Origin: the human T2T-CHM13v2.0 reference genome, Homo sapiens
Strand: one strand, 5' to 3'
DNA: 64,000 nt
Assembly: GCF_009914755.1 (NCBI RefSeq)
Contig: NC_060940.1
Each line of letters begins with the position of its first letter. The first letter of the stretch is position 1. A program made the translations under genes and the position numbers. Below are positions 25,634 to 37,592 of the stretch, in pieces. Below the pieces are notes generated by a model that was not told where the DNA came from, searched no databases, and saw only the letters and a program-made list of their open reading frames with translations.

Positions 25634-27021
25634 CTGGGTGGGGGCAGAGGGGCCAGTCAGGGCTGGGTCTGGCCACCCGAATCCCCAACACACGCCTCAA
25701 CCAAGCCATTCAGACCCAGCCACGTCATCACCAGGTGAGAAGAGAGAAACTCCAAAGCCCCACAGCCCTCGGGCCATGCTCCAGATACAGCCACTCACTG
25801 GGCCATTTTGCGGGACGGCATCCCACTACCGTGTCTCACGCTCCAGCCCACCCAGATAGGTCTGCGCTGTGCTAACTGGACAACGACCCCTGCCTCCTCT
25901 CCAGGAAGCCCTCCTGAGCTCACCAGGCTCCAAAACCGCAAAACCAAAGGGCGTGGCCCCGGCAGGATTGAGGCTGCTGAGATCTCACCATCCGCCTCTG
26001 CTGCATCCACACCCACCCGTCCCCCTCCCCACCTCTGCCCCACCCCTGCCTCTGCTGCACCCCCTCCACCTCTGCCCCCACCCTGTGGTGGGCTCTGCTC
26101 CCTTCCCGTAGGGTGAGTTGTGCCCTAGGCATCCCTGTGGGCAGAGGGGGTGGGGGATGCCACAAAAAGCCTGTGGGCAGAGCAGGTAGGAGATGCCACA
26201 CAAAGCCTGAGCATATTTCTTCTTGGGGCCTGGCTGGATCTCTCACAGACGGTTGGGCTGTGGGGTGGGAAGCCCAAACCTGCCCTAGGGGAGAAGCCCA
26301 GGTCCCTATTTGGCCTCCAAAGCCTCTGGTACCACCTCCCACCCCACCTCGCCCTCACTGCCACTGCAGCAGCAGCTTCCCTGCGGACTAGGCACTGCCA
26401 GGCACAGTCCCCGCTCCAGGCCCTGGCCCCTGCCGGTCCCTCCGCTGGGCCCGCTCCCCCGATGCCTGCGTGGCCAGCTTCATTCCTCCCGGCATCTGCT
26501 CAGGTGTCACCTGCCGTGAGGCCTCCACAGCCCCACTCCCCACACACTTCCACCTCCCGAAACTGCACGCCTCACTTCTGCGTTTGGTGTTTCCTTCTCA
26601 GTGCCAGCTCTGTGAGAGTTGTGCCTGTGGTGGTCTAGCTTCTCCCTAGCTGAGAGCAGGCGTGGAAATGGCCGGTGCAGAGACCCCTGAATCGATGGGG
26701 CTCCATCTCCTCCCACCCCGGGGCTGGCCCAGGCACAGATGCACACAGGGGCTTCAGATAGAGATCCGCCCTATCTCAAGGGACAGTCCTGGGGCTCCCC
26801 TGGAAAGGGTCTCTCCCTGTCCCCTCTTCGTGGACAAGGCAGAAAAGGGTCGCGGAGGGTCCTCTGCCCCCGCCTGCCTCCCAGGTGCACGGGCACAAGC
26901 ATCGTAATTCTCAGGCCTGCCGTGTGCACCGGGAGGGAGCCGGGCGCCTCGGACGCCACCTGGGGCCCTCACAGCTCTCCTGGATCCTCCTGTTCTCACA
27001 GGCTAGAGAACACGGGTTTCA

Positions 27022-27314
27022 GGCCAGGCACAGCGGCTCGCTTCTGTCATCCCAGCACTTTGGGATGCCGAGGCGGGTGGATCACCTGAGGTCAGGAGTT
27101 CGAGACCAGCCTGGCCTACGTGGCAAAACCCCATCTCTACTAAAAATACAAAAATTAGCCAGGTGTGGTGGCGGGCGCCTGTAATCCCAGCTACTTGGGA
27201 GGCTGAGGCAGGAGAACCGCTTGAACCCGGGAGGCGGAGGTTGTAATGAGCCGAGGTCATGCCACAGCAACAAGATCACTTCAGTCTGGGCAACAAGAGT
27301 GAAACTCCATCTCA
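27022..27314 (+). mobile_element. Alu dimer without an A tail, inside a MIR
   Basis: Complete Alu body ending ...ACTCCATCTCA, directly followed by MIR-like sequence (TGACCTCAGACAAG...CCTCAGTTTC). Confidence 0.9.
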
Positions 27315-27627
27315 GCATCAGCCAACCTGGGCTCGAGTCCTGGCCCCACCGCTTCCCAAGGCCGTGACCTCAGACAAGCTGCCAACCCTCTCGAGCCCTC
27401 AGTTTCTGGAACTACAGAACGGGGACATCCATAGGACGCCTCACTGAACCATGTGGGATCTCTGTGCTGATAAAGCACAGTGTGGGCGGGGATGGCGTGC
27501 CTGCTGCAGGATGCCCGTGACAACTGTGCTGATGCCACGTGGAGGCTCAGAATCCTCATGGGGGTGGCGTGGGACCGCACGGGAGCCGAGGCAGGGGATG
27601 GGTGTCAGCGTGGCCGGGTGGCCCTAC

Positions 27628-27818
27628 CTCGCTGGAGTCCTCCTGCTGGTTGATGACCGTCAGGGCGTCCTCGGAGGCCTGCCGCTTCGCCTCGGCCAGG
27701 GCCCGCTCCATCTTGGCACGCTCCGTGGTGATGAGCTCGTGCGCTTTGCGCTCCGCGTCCGACACGGCTTTCTGCAGCTCCGACATGGCCTGCCGCTTCA
27801 CCTCATTCACGGCCTCTT
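27628..27818 (-). CDS. CBFA2T3: CBFA2T3 exon 11 (NHR3)
   Basis: [28 protein letters not shown]...NQQEDSSE; acceptor TTTGCAG, donor GAG|GTAGGG. Confidence 0.97.
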
Positions 27819-28580
27819 CTGCAAAGGACATGGGCAGGGCTGGCGGTCACATGGGCCATCCCAGATGGGTCTCTGGACTTCCTACGCGTGGCCACAACCT
27901 GGGGACAGGGGCTGTGTGCAGCTGAACACACGTACCATCTGTGCACACAAAGGCACATGTTGATGGGGCTGTAGGCAGCTGAACACACGTAGCATCTGTG
28001 CACACACAGACACACGTTGATGGCCCTCATGCCTGTGCAGACAAGTGCATGCAAATAAACACAGGCATCCCAGGCATGTGTGTGCAAAGCTGGGTCACGT
28101 GGTGTCACAAGTCAAAGCTTGCACTCTACCGCAGCGGCTCCCCAGGCACTGCACCCCTGCAGGGCAAGGGCGAGGCCCACCCCAGGGCCTGGTCAGCCAG
28201 GGGCGCACCCGGAATCTGCATTCCTAACGCGAGCCGGGGGAGCTGCTGCTGACCTGAAGCACTTGGATAACTCTGCCGTTCCGCCTTCACCTCTGGCCCC
28301 ACCCAGACGCAGCCCAGGAAGCCCCCTCGTCCAGGGCTCTGTGCTGTCACCCCAGACCCTGCTGTTATCCTCACCGCACTTGCCATCCTTTAACCTGGCT
28401 GGCCTCTGAAGACCATGCTCCCCGACCCACACACAGCCACACACAGATCCTGATCTGTGCTAAGATGGGGTAGGCTCAGAGCAGCCTCCAGGGAGCACTG
28501 CCCACGCAGCTGGGGAGGCCATGTTTCAACTCCACCACTGAAAGAGACCCTGAGGCCAGCTGGAGACCCCGGTACCGCTG

Positions 28581-28620
28581 CCCAACCCTAACCCTAACCC
28601 TAACCCCAACCCTAACCCCT
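28581..28620. repeat. Short interstitial telomere-like repeat (CCCTAA)n
   Basis: CCCAACCCTAACCCTAACCCTAACCCCAACCCTAACCCCT. Confidence 0.9.
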
Positions 28621-29077
28621 CTTGCTGCCCACATATCTGGCTCTGCCCCAGCCCCTCCCCCAAGGCTGATTCCCACGGCATGAGCAAATGTCCCCACAGC
28701 CTTGCCCAGCGCTCAGCTCCACGTCTGCCCCTGTTCTGACCCCATTCTGCCCGGACTCTGGCCCCGCGTGCCTGACGCGCCCAGGCTCCGAGTGTGTGCG
28801 CTTCTGCGTGCCCTCCTGGGTGTGCAGGTCCAGGACCCACTTTATTCTGCTGGGCGGCCACCGGTCCGTTTCCTGGTAGGCGCAGGTAGCAGCTGTCCTG
28901 CCCTGAGTGTGAACCTACTCTGACCTCTCCGTGAGCCACACAGCGGAATGCAGAAAGCCTTGTAGCCTGAGCCCCCAGAGAGAGACAGAAGCTCTTCAAA
29001 GCTGAGCCGGTGAGAGGCGCATCTGGGGCCCTGGCCTCCCACAGCTCTGCTGGCCAGGCCCCTGCACCCCCACTCAC

Positions 29078-29146
29078 CAGCCTTCCTCCAGATGTCCTCA
29101 GGCACGTAGCCGGTGAGGGTCCTCGGCAGGAACTCGCGAGGCACGT
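29078..29146 (-). CDS. CBFA2T3: CBFA2T3 exon 10
   Basis: DVPREFLPRTLTGYVPEDIWRKA; acceptor TTTCAG, donor G|GTGAGT. Confidence 0.96.
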
Positions 29147-29648
29147 CTGAAACAGGGGCCGGCGTCACACAGGATGGGCCACGCGGCTGCCCCTCCCACG
29201 CTGGGGCCCTCCCCACCCTGGCTGGGCCCTGAGTGCAGGGCGTGAGTGTGTGCGTCCCTGGGGGGAGGCCCAGGTGCCCTCGGACAAGGTCTGGCTCAGG
29301 CACCCAGGGCAGTGCCCGGGCACGGGGGGCATTGGAGCTGTGGACCTTGGACTCGGCTGGGAGCCGTGTGTGTCCTGGGCCTCTCCTGTGTCAGCATTCG
29401 TCGCTGAGGCGGAGAAGCAGAGACCCTCAGGGCCTCCCAGCTCCGAGCCTCTGGCCCACCAGACGCTCTGAGCTCCAGGCTTCCTGGCAGACCAGCCCGT
29501 GTTTTCCTACAAAGTGAAAAAGGTGCCTCTTTCTCAAGCGAAACTGTTCTGCCTGGTGTTTCGTTGCATTGCCTGCCTGACAGCTCCCAGGTGTCCGCCC
29601 CACCAGAGCACCCCGTGTCTGCTCCCTCCCCCCACACCCCACACGCAC

Positions 29649-29847
29649 CTAGCTGAGGCCCTTCGGGACCGGCGGAGCTGCTGCGGGGCCGGGCCGCGGC
29701 GGGAGCGGGGCCCTTCTTTGTGTCCTCGGCGTCGCTGTAGCGCCGCGCCCAGTGGTTGAGCTCCTCGCGGTCGGCCTCCTGGCACCTGCGCAGCACCGTG
29801 AGCGAGCGCCGCGTCTTCTCCACCATGTCCATGATGCAGTTCAGGAG
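29649..29847 (-). CDS. CBFA2T3: CBFA2T3 exon 9 (NHR2, second part)
   Basis: [33 protein letters not shown]...EGPQL; acceptor CCCCAG, donor G|GTGCGT. Confidence 0.97.
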
Positions 29848-30644
29848 CTGGGGGCGGGCGGCGCAGCCTTCAGCACCTCAGAGGGACCGGGACGCACCAG
29901 ACACTCCCCCAGCCCACTCGGCCAGAGCCCCGGACAGGATGGGTGCCCGACCAGCCCACCGCCCGTGAGAGTAAGGGGGTGAGGGAGGGCCCACCTCCAT
30001 GGCTTGCAAAGATGGGTCCCTAGCCTGGGACTGCCGAGCGCCTGGGGGTACCAGACTCACATGGACACGTGCCTAGACGCACGCAGGAGTTTGGGATTCT
30101 CCTTTTTAACCCGCTCAGCGGGGCTCTGCCTCAGGGACCTGGCTTTCCGCCTGGGCTCCCCTTCCAAAAAGCATGAGGGCGAGGGGCGAGGCTGACAACA
30201 GTGCTGGGAGGGGTGCTGGCCCCATGCCTGGCGACCCCTCCTGGGACGTGCTGCAGGATGGGGTGGGTGGGTTCTGAGGAGCCCAGTTCCGGGCCGTCCC
30301 CGAACACGTCCTGCCTCAAAGAGGCCTCGGCACTGCTTTTGCCCACACTTCTTGCAAGACTCAGGATAGACTCTGGGAAGAGCCAGTGAGCAGAAAGTAA
30401 GTGGAGGGAAGCAAGGCCCGCCATGAGGGTTTTAGGAATCCTCCTCCCTGGGCCTCTCGAGATGCCTGGGCTGCGCTGACAGCTGGGAGGAGGGGGGCTC
30501 AGGTGAAGGACCCAGCCGCTGCGCAGGGACGGCGCAGGCCACACAGGAGGGCACTGAGCTCAGGGGCGCCCACACAGCCCTGCTGTCTCCAGCAGCCCCA
30601 GGCCCCATGGGGCAGAGCCATGGCCGTGTTTATGCATAGGCATA

Positions 30645-31025
30645 CAGGTGTGGCTGTGTGGGGACATGGCTGTGTGGGTGTAGCTGTGTGTGGGCATGGC
30701 TGTGCGTGGGTGTGGCTGTGTACATGGGGGGGTTGTGTGCATGGGTATGGCTGTGTGTGTGGGTGTGGCTGTGTGTGTATGGCTGTGTGTGGGTGTGGCT
30801 GTGTGCGTGGGCGTGGCTGTGTGCGTGGGGGTGGCTGTGTGTGACTGCACGGGCGTGGCTGTGGCTGTGTGGGCGTGGCTTGTGTGGGCATGGCTGTGTG
30901 CATGGGTGTGGCTGTGTGTGGGCATGGCTGTGGGCGTGGCTGTGTGTGCATGGCTGTGTGTGCGTGGCTGTGTGTGTGCGTGGCTGTGCGCCTGGGCATG
31001 GCTGTGTGGGCGTGGCTGTGTGTGG
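30645..31025. repeat. Degenerate (TGTGGC/TG)n repeat abutting the exon 8 donor
   Basis: ~380 bp of GGCTGTGTG/GGGCATGGCT/GGGTGTGGCT units. Confidence 0.92.
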
Positions 31026-31033
31026 ACACTCAC

Positions 31034-31119
31034 GTTGTTGAGGTGCTTCCACTCTTCTGCCCACTCACGCTCTGTGAGCTTGTGGTCGATCACTTCTTCC
31101 TGCCGGGACCCAGGCACCA
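31034..31119 (-). CDS. CBFA2T3: CBFA2T3 exon 8 (NHR2, first part)
   Basis: [29 protein letters not shown]; acceptor CCACAG, donor AAC|GTGAGT. Confidence 0.97.
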
Positions 31120-31923
31120 CTGTGGATGGGGGAGGTGCACGCTTAGGTCCCACCCACAGCCAGTCTCTGCCCTATTCTCCCAGACCCCGCCCTCTGCTCC
31201 CAGGCCCCACCCGTGGGCTGTGCCCGCTGGGGACGATGGACAGGGTAACCGAAGGGCTGGTTGACTTGGTGACCGTGGAGGATGCCTGGGTTACTGAGCC
31301 GCCTGGGGCTCTGGGCCGACTGCTCTTCCCCTGCAACACGGCACACGCCTCCAAGGGAGGGTTCAGTCTCAGTCCCATTCTGCAGCTGAGGAAACTGAGG
31401 CTGGTTAAGAGGATGTGTTTGCCTGTGGTCACCAGGCAGGGAGCGGTGGGGGTGGGGTGTGGACCGAGGCTGGCTGGAGCTGGAGCAGTGTCCTCAGCCA
31501 CTGGCCGGGAAGGCTTTGTTAGACTAAGCGTGGCCTGAGGATGCCTCAGTGCCAAGTCACACCATGACCTGGACCTGCCTTAGTCCGTGAATCAATGGGT
31601 AACCTCACTGGGAGGAGCTGGTCTCAGTCATTCGCGGCAGCCCTCTGCGGTCACCCGCAGGCGCCCATGACTCCGATGAAGCCACGCCAAACACCACCCA
31701 ACCACGTGGCCTCGGCACCCGCCTCCTGTCTCTGCCTGTGAACACCGCCAGCCAAGCCGAGGCCAGGGCTCTCGGAACACGCTGGCTCTGAGGCCCATCC
31801 TATTCGGGGTTGTTCTCTGCTCAGTTAAACTCTGTTCAATACAGCGTGTCTAAGGTTTTTCCCTTTTGACAGGCTCCAGGACTGAAGCCGCAGAGGCCAC
31901 TCCCACAGGTCACCAGAAACTAA

Positions 31924-32197
31924 GACGTGAGTGACGCCCGGCAGTGGCCGACTCTTCCGCCGTGGCTGTGCCCATGGGAGACGTGAGTGACGCCCGGCAG
32001 TGGCCGACTCTTCTGCGGTGGCTGCGCCCACGGGAGACGTGAGTGACCCCGGCAGTGGCCGACTTCCACGGTGGCTGCGCCCACGGGAGACGTGAGTGAT
32101 GCCCGGCAGTGGCCAACTCTTCTGCGGTGGCTGTGCCCACGGGAGACGTGAGTGACGCCCGGCAGTGGCTTACTCTTTCGTGGTAGCTGCGCCCACG
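31924..32197. repeat. 56-bp CpG-rich minisatellite x~5
   Basis: GACGTGAGTGA recurs at 31924, 31980, 32036, 32089, 32145. Confidence 0.95.
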
Positions 32198-33403
32198 ACT
32201 TCTGGAGACATCAGAGGCTTCCAGGCCCCACTGTTTTCTGCATTTGGCCACTGCCCACGCTTCTGGGGCTGAGGTCTCCCTCTTGGGGCCCTTTTCAGCC
32301 CCTAAAGATCTCCTAGCCTCCGAACCTGAAATGGCTCCCCCAAATTGCAGAGGAGGTGGGGAAGTGGCAGCCACAGCTCAGTCACCAGCCTGCTCTGCCG
32401 CCTGTGAAGCTGCAGCTGGCACCAACACCCCAACCAAAATAGTGGCTGAGACGTGCCCGACAGCTGGCGTTTATTTCTGTATTAGCAGAATCGGGTGGGA
32501 GTCAGCACCTGCCTGACCCGGCTGCAGCATGCCAGACGCCGTCACCTGCTGCCTGGGCCCTGGAACCCTCCGCAAGGTGGGGGCTGGGAGATGGCCTTGT
32601 GTAGGGCAAGGCCTCTGCTGACCCTGCTGCTGGGCCCCCACCGGGCCCTGGGCCTCTGTCTCAGCATGGCAGACTGGAGGCCTCCCTGCAGCCTGTCCTG
32701 GGGGGGCTCCTGGGGTGGGGCTGGGCCTGACCATCTCTGGGTTCTCAGCACAGAGGCCGTCAAAACGTCAGGCAGGCTGGGCTGTGAGACTGTGGGTGCA
32801 TTATGTGTGCTCTCAGGCCTCAGTCTCCTCATCTGTGGTATGGGGGTGCTGACGCCACCCCACTGACGGGCTCAGAAACGAGTGAAGGATAAAATGCACC
32901 GAGACTCCGTGCCCACCTCTCTGTTATCCACACCAGCCTGGCCTCACGCAGAGACTCTGTGCCCCTCTCCTGCTCTAGATACCAGCCAGGCCTCACGGCA
33001 GCCCTTGCTGGGCCCTGCATTAACTCCCCCAGGCCTTGGACTCTGAGAGTTGGGACTCTCGTCTGGCCCAGGTGACAGAGGAGGAAACTGAGAAGCAGAG
33101 AGCCACGTGACTCACCTGTGGGTGGACTGTGGGAATCGCCAAGCTCGGATGAGAACCACGTGGGCAGTTCCAGGCCCGAGGCCGCCCACCCCGGGGGGAG
33201 AGGTGGGTTCAGGGCCCAGGACAGGCCCCTCTGCAGCCACCGCTCTGCTCCAGGGGGAATGCCAGGCAGGGGGAAGGGGTCTCCCGAGCTCAGGTGCACA
33301 CAGCTGCCCGTGGTGCCCTGTGCCCACATGCTCAGGTGTACATGTGGGCGCATGTGTGCTCCTGTAACACGCGTCCACGCTCCCGCCCCACCGGGCTGCT
33401 CAC

Positions 33404-33627
33404 CAAGCGGCCGATGGCGCTCTCGTAGCTCCCGGGGGTCTGGGTGGCGGTAGGCATCTCGGAAGTGGTGGGCCATGGCTATGTCCTCCAGGCGGTAGTG
33501 CGGCGGCGGTGTGGGCTGCGGTGGCCCGTTGCTGGGGCTGTAGCGCTGGGCAGGGTTCAGGGTGCATGGCCGTTTGCTGAGGTGCTCGGGGTGCAGCGGG
33601 TCGCGGTCTGACCCGTTCTCTTTGGTC
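33404..33627 (-). CDS. CBFA2T3: CBFA2T3 exon 7
   Basis: [34 protein letters not shown]...RERHRPL; acceptor GGCTAG, donor G|GTGAGC. Confidence 0.96.
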
Positions 33628-34318
33628 CTAGCCCCAAGAGCAGGTGGGGCGAGGGCAGTGGACATAGGATGAACCGGGGACAGAGGTGCAGGTGGGGTGA
33701 GAGGCAGACAGGCAAGGGCAGAGAGAAAGAGGACACGTAAGGGCGAGACAGAAACACGGAGCAAAACACCAGCCCCGGGAAGCCCAGCCCGGCGCCCCCA
33801 CTCTCTGCCCCTCTGCCGGGGCCCATGCCAGCCTCAACCCCTGCTCCAGCTGCATGGCATCCTGGGGCCTGGTGGTCAAAGAGCCGGACTCGCTGCTCTG
33901 GGAACGAGGAGAGGGATACACCAGGCTTCCGTAACTGGAGACCACCTGCCCCTTGGGCAGCAGCAGCACAAGAGCGTCTGGGGCAGCAGAGGGGGCCCAG
34001 CCCAGGCACCTGGGGACCATGGACCCCGGACGCTCGGAGTCCATGCCCGGCACACAGGGGAGAGCCGTCCTCCCACCAGCCTCCTCCCTGTCCTCCTAGG
34101 CTCCCCGGAGCATCTGAGTCTGCAGCCCACTGGGGTGTCCGCCCGTGCAGCCACCAAGCCTGCTGGCCCTAGTACACCTCGCCACGCTCCCTCAGCCCGA
34201 GAGAGCCGGCCGGGCTGGCTGCAGCCCCAGAGGAGGTTCCCTCTCTTACCCAGAGGGGAGCAGGGTGAGCCGCGTGTCCACGGCACCCCCAGCCCAGATC
34301 CCCGGAGCCCACAGGTAC

Positions 34319-34500
34319 CTGTCGGGCGTCCTCCTCTTGCCGTTCTCGTTGACTTCCAGTAGCAGCTCTGAGGAGTCGATGGGGGAGGAGGCGCTGGCGT
34401 CCAGCAGGAGCTGCTCATGCTGGGCCAAGTACTGGGCGGGCGTCTGCTTGGCCAGGCGTGCACAGTGCAGGAGCTCCCGCTGCAGCAAGGGCAGGTTTGC
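34319..34500 (-). CDS. CBFA2T3: CBFA2T3 exon 6 (end of NHR1/TAFH)
   Basis: [30 protein letters not shown]...NGKRRTPDR; acceptor CCACAG, donor AG|GTACCT. Confidence 0.97.
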
Positions 34501-36819
34501 CTGTGGGGTGGGGAAGGAGGGCCTGGGTAGCATGCAGGGGTGCACAGCCCTGCTCAGGTCCGAGCAGAGGGGGCCTGGGCTGGGTGGCCGAAAGCTCAAC
34601 TTGACCTCGGGCCTCAAAGGTCAAGGTGCTCGACCTCTCTGGGCCTCAAGTTCCTTCCTAGCAGTGCCATGGGAGGGTGGCGTGGGAGGGTGGGCACAGA
34701 GCTTCGCAGGAGTGCCTCACCTGGGCCACACGGCGATGTGGGGCATGTGGGACTTGAGCCCAGATCCTGGACTCCCAGGGTGGGGCTTTCCCACCGCACC
34801 CAGCTCCCTCCCATGGCGTGGTCTGGAGAAGGCGAGAGGACGAAGGGGCAGCAGATCATGGTTGGTCTTCCCGCCTGCACCCGCCCTGCCCAGCAGGCAC
34901 CACATGACCCAACACAGCTGGGGAAATGCAGGCTCAGAGAGGGGGAGGCAGCCCTGGGCCTACAGGCGGCTCACACGAGGGAGCTGGGAGTGAAACCCAG
35001 CTGGGATTGCCTGCAGTGTGTCTGCTCCAGCCCTGATGGGAAGCCCTGAGGTTCAGCTTCCCCTTCCCTTCCCGCTGGTTTCCAGCCTTGGCCTTGATGG
35101 AGCGTGGACCTAGGACGTGGACACCCACGTTCTGTGGCTGCTCAAGTGATCCTCCAGCCTTGGTGAGGACGGCCTCAAGACCCACGTGTGCGGGTAAAGA
35201 CTCCGCAGCATGCGGCCGAAGGACGGCCCGGTGTACGGGATCCGTATGCAGACCCTGCCTTTGACGCCTGTGTGTACCCGCGGCGCCCGCCGCCTCGTCC
35301 TTGGCTCCAGGCTGGCACTGCTGGGCCGCAAGCCGGGCTCCTCGGGTGCCTTCCCCAAAGTCTTCCCAGAGCTGCCGCGGGAGGGCGGACAGGCGTGCTG
35401 GACCCTGAGCATGCTGGACCAGGGCCCAGCAGCAGGCCACTTGGGAGAGCCAGCGGTTCTAAGCATTTGTAAATAAATCCAATTCCCCAACTTTCTCATG
35501 CGTTTCAAAGCTGCCACGCCGCCTTCTCCTGCCAGCGCCTCCCCATTCCCCACGAGTGCATCCACCAGGCCCTCGAGCAGTGCCGGCTGCCGGCCTGTTT
35601 TTCTCTTTGGATGGCTGAACAGGGGCCAACCGGCCATCTGTTGAGGACATCAGGAGCATGAGCTGGGAAACGAGGTCCCGGGAGGTCTGAGGAGCCAAAC
35701 ATCCTCCCTCCCTCATCAGCCCCTCCCCAGGGGCCTCCTCTTGGTCAGTTCGGGAACCGGCTGGTCGCTGTTAGGGCGGGGAGAACATCTGGATCCCTGG
35801 CTGGCTGGGGCCAGCTGAGGCCAGCTGGGAGCCGGGGCGGTGGGTGGGGCTGCATCCCCCAGCTTCTGGAAGGCCTGACCCTTGGGCTGCGTGTGGGGCA
35901 GGCTCAGGAAAGGGTGCAGAGAACCCAGGACTGGGCAGCATCAGCGTAGGGGCCGGATGCACAGCAGCCCTCGGCAAGCAGGGAATGTTTCCTCAAGGCC
36001 TGCGGAATGGGGTGGGGACTGTGGGAACCTCCGGCAGTGCCTCCTTCAAGGCAGTGTCCCCACTCTGTCCCCAGGAGCCCAGGGCACCCGGGGAGGTGTC
36101 ACCACTAAAATGCTACACACACTGAGCTGGTCAAAATGCCCCAACTCCACCACTGAACGGAAGTTCTGCCTGCAGAACTTCTGAAGCTGCCCTCTGCACA
36201 GATGGGCGCTCAGGCTGGGGAACTGGTGTTTGCAATGACGGCGGCGGTGGCTGAGGCACTAGTTGAGCTACAAGGGCTTTCGCGGACTCCGCTACTCTGC
36301 CAAGCACCCAGCTAAAGCCTCCCTGACCGTGGGCTCTGCCATAGAGGGGCTGTGGCCTTGGGCTGGTCATTTAACCTCTCTGACCCTTGCTGTATCTGCA
36401 AACTAGCGCTGTGGAGCCTCTGGCCGAGACAGACTCCGGGGAGCTCCGGGTGAATCAGCTCAGTCCTTTCCCACCACCCCGTGAGGGAGATTCACCACCC
36501 CAACTACGAGAGAGAGGGCCCAAGCCAGGGCTGGGGTTCCAGCCAAGCAGGCCCCCACTCTCTCCGGCCCCTCAGCCACGATTCCTGCCGTTTCTAGGAT
36601 GATGTCTTCAAGGACTGCGTGAGAGTACCCCAGACTGGGCCTGGCGGGCTGTGGATGTCTTGGGAAGGTGCTACCCCTCCCCCAGCCCAGGCCACAGTCA
36701 GGAACACCGAGGCCCAAGGGGACTGGCTGGGGGTCACTCCCACTCGGCACCTCCTGTCTGGCCTGGGAAGGTCGGACTCCCCCACTGCACTCTGTGTCTG
36801 AAGGGGCTGCGGCCCTGCA

Positions 36820-37592
36820 GGGGTGTGGGTGGGGTTGGGGGGGTGCGGGTGGGGTTGGGGAGGGGTGGGGTGGGGGAAGGGTGTGGGTGGGGGAGGGGTG
36901 GGGTGGGGGTGGGGTGGGGTGGGAGGGGGTGGGGTGGAGTGGGGGCTACTCCCTGGGTGGGGTGGAGGAGGGTTGGGGTGGGGGAAGGGTGTGTGGGGCT
37001 GGGGAGGGTTGGGGTGGGGTGGGGGAGGGTTGGGGTGGGGTGGGGGAGGGGTGGGGTGGGGTGGGGGAAGGGTGTGGGTGGGGCTGGGGAGGGTTGGGGT
37101 GGGGGAAGGGTGTGTGTGGGGCTGGGGAGGGGTGGGGTGGAGTGGGGGAAGGGTATGGGTGGGGCTGGGGAGGGGTGGGGTGGGGTGGGAGGGGGAGGGG
37201 TGGGGTGGAGTGGGGGCTACTCCCTGGGTGGGGTGGAGGAGGGGTGGGGTGGGGGAAGGGTGCAGGTGGGGTGGAGGAGGGGTGGAGGAGGGGTGGGGGA
37301 GGGAGGGGTGGGGTGGGGGAAGGGTGTGGGTGGGGGAGGGGTGGGGTGGGGTGGGAGGGGGTGGGGTGGAGTGGGGGAGGGGTGGGGTGGGGGAAGGGTG
37401 CAGGTGGGGTGGGGGAAGGGTGTGGGTGGGGTGGGGGAGGGGTGTGGGTGGGGTGGGGTGGGAGGGGTGGGGAGGGGTGGGAGGGGGTGGGGTGGGGGAG
37501 GGGTGGGGTGGGAGGGGTGGGGTGGGGTGGGAGGGGGTGGGGTGGGGTGGGGTGGGTGGGAGGGGTGGGGTGGGGGCTGCTCCCTGGGTGGG
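36820..37592 (+). repeat. ~770-bp G-rich (GGGGT/GGGGA)n low-complexity tract
   Basis: Almost entirely G3-G5 runs separated by single T/A; the anchor GGGGGCT(A/G)CTCCCTGGGTGG recurs three times. Confidence 0.95.

Noticed and set aside
35472-35477. Plus-strand AATAAA (also ~52867 and ~55457) as ends of antisense lncRNAs
   Set aside because: Hexamers alone are expected by chance; I could not build a supporting exon chain
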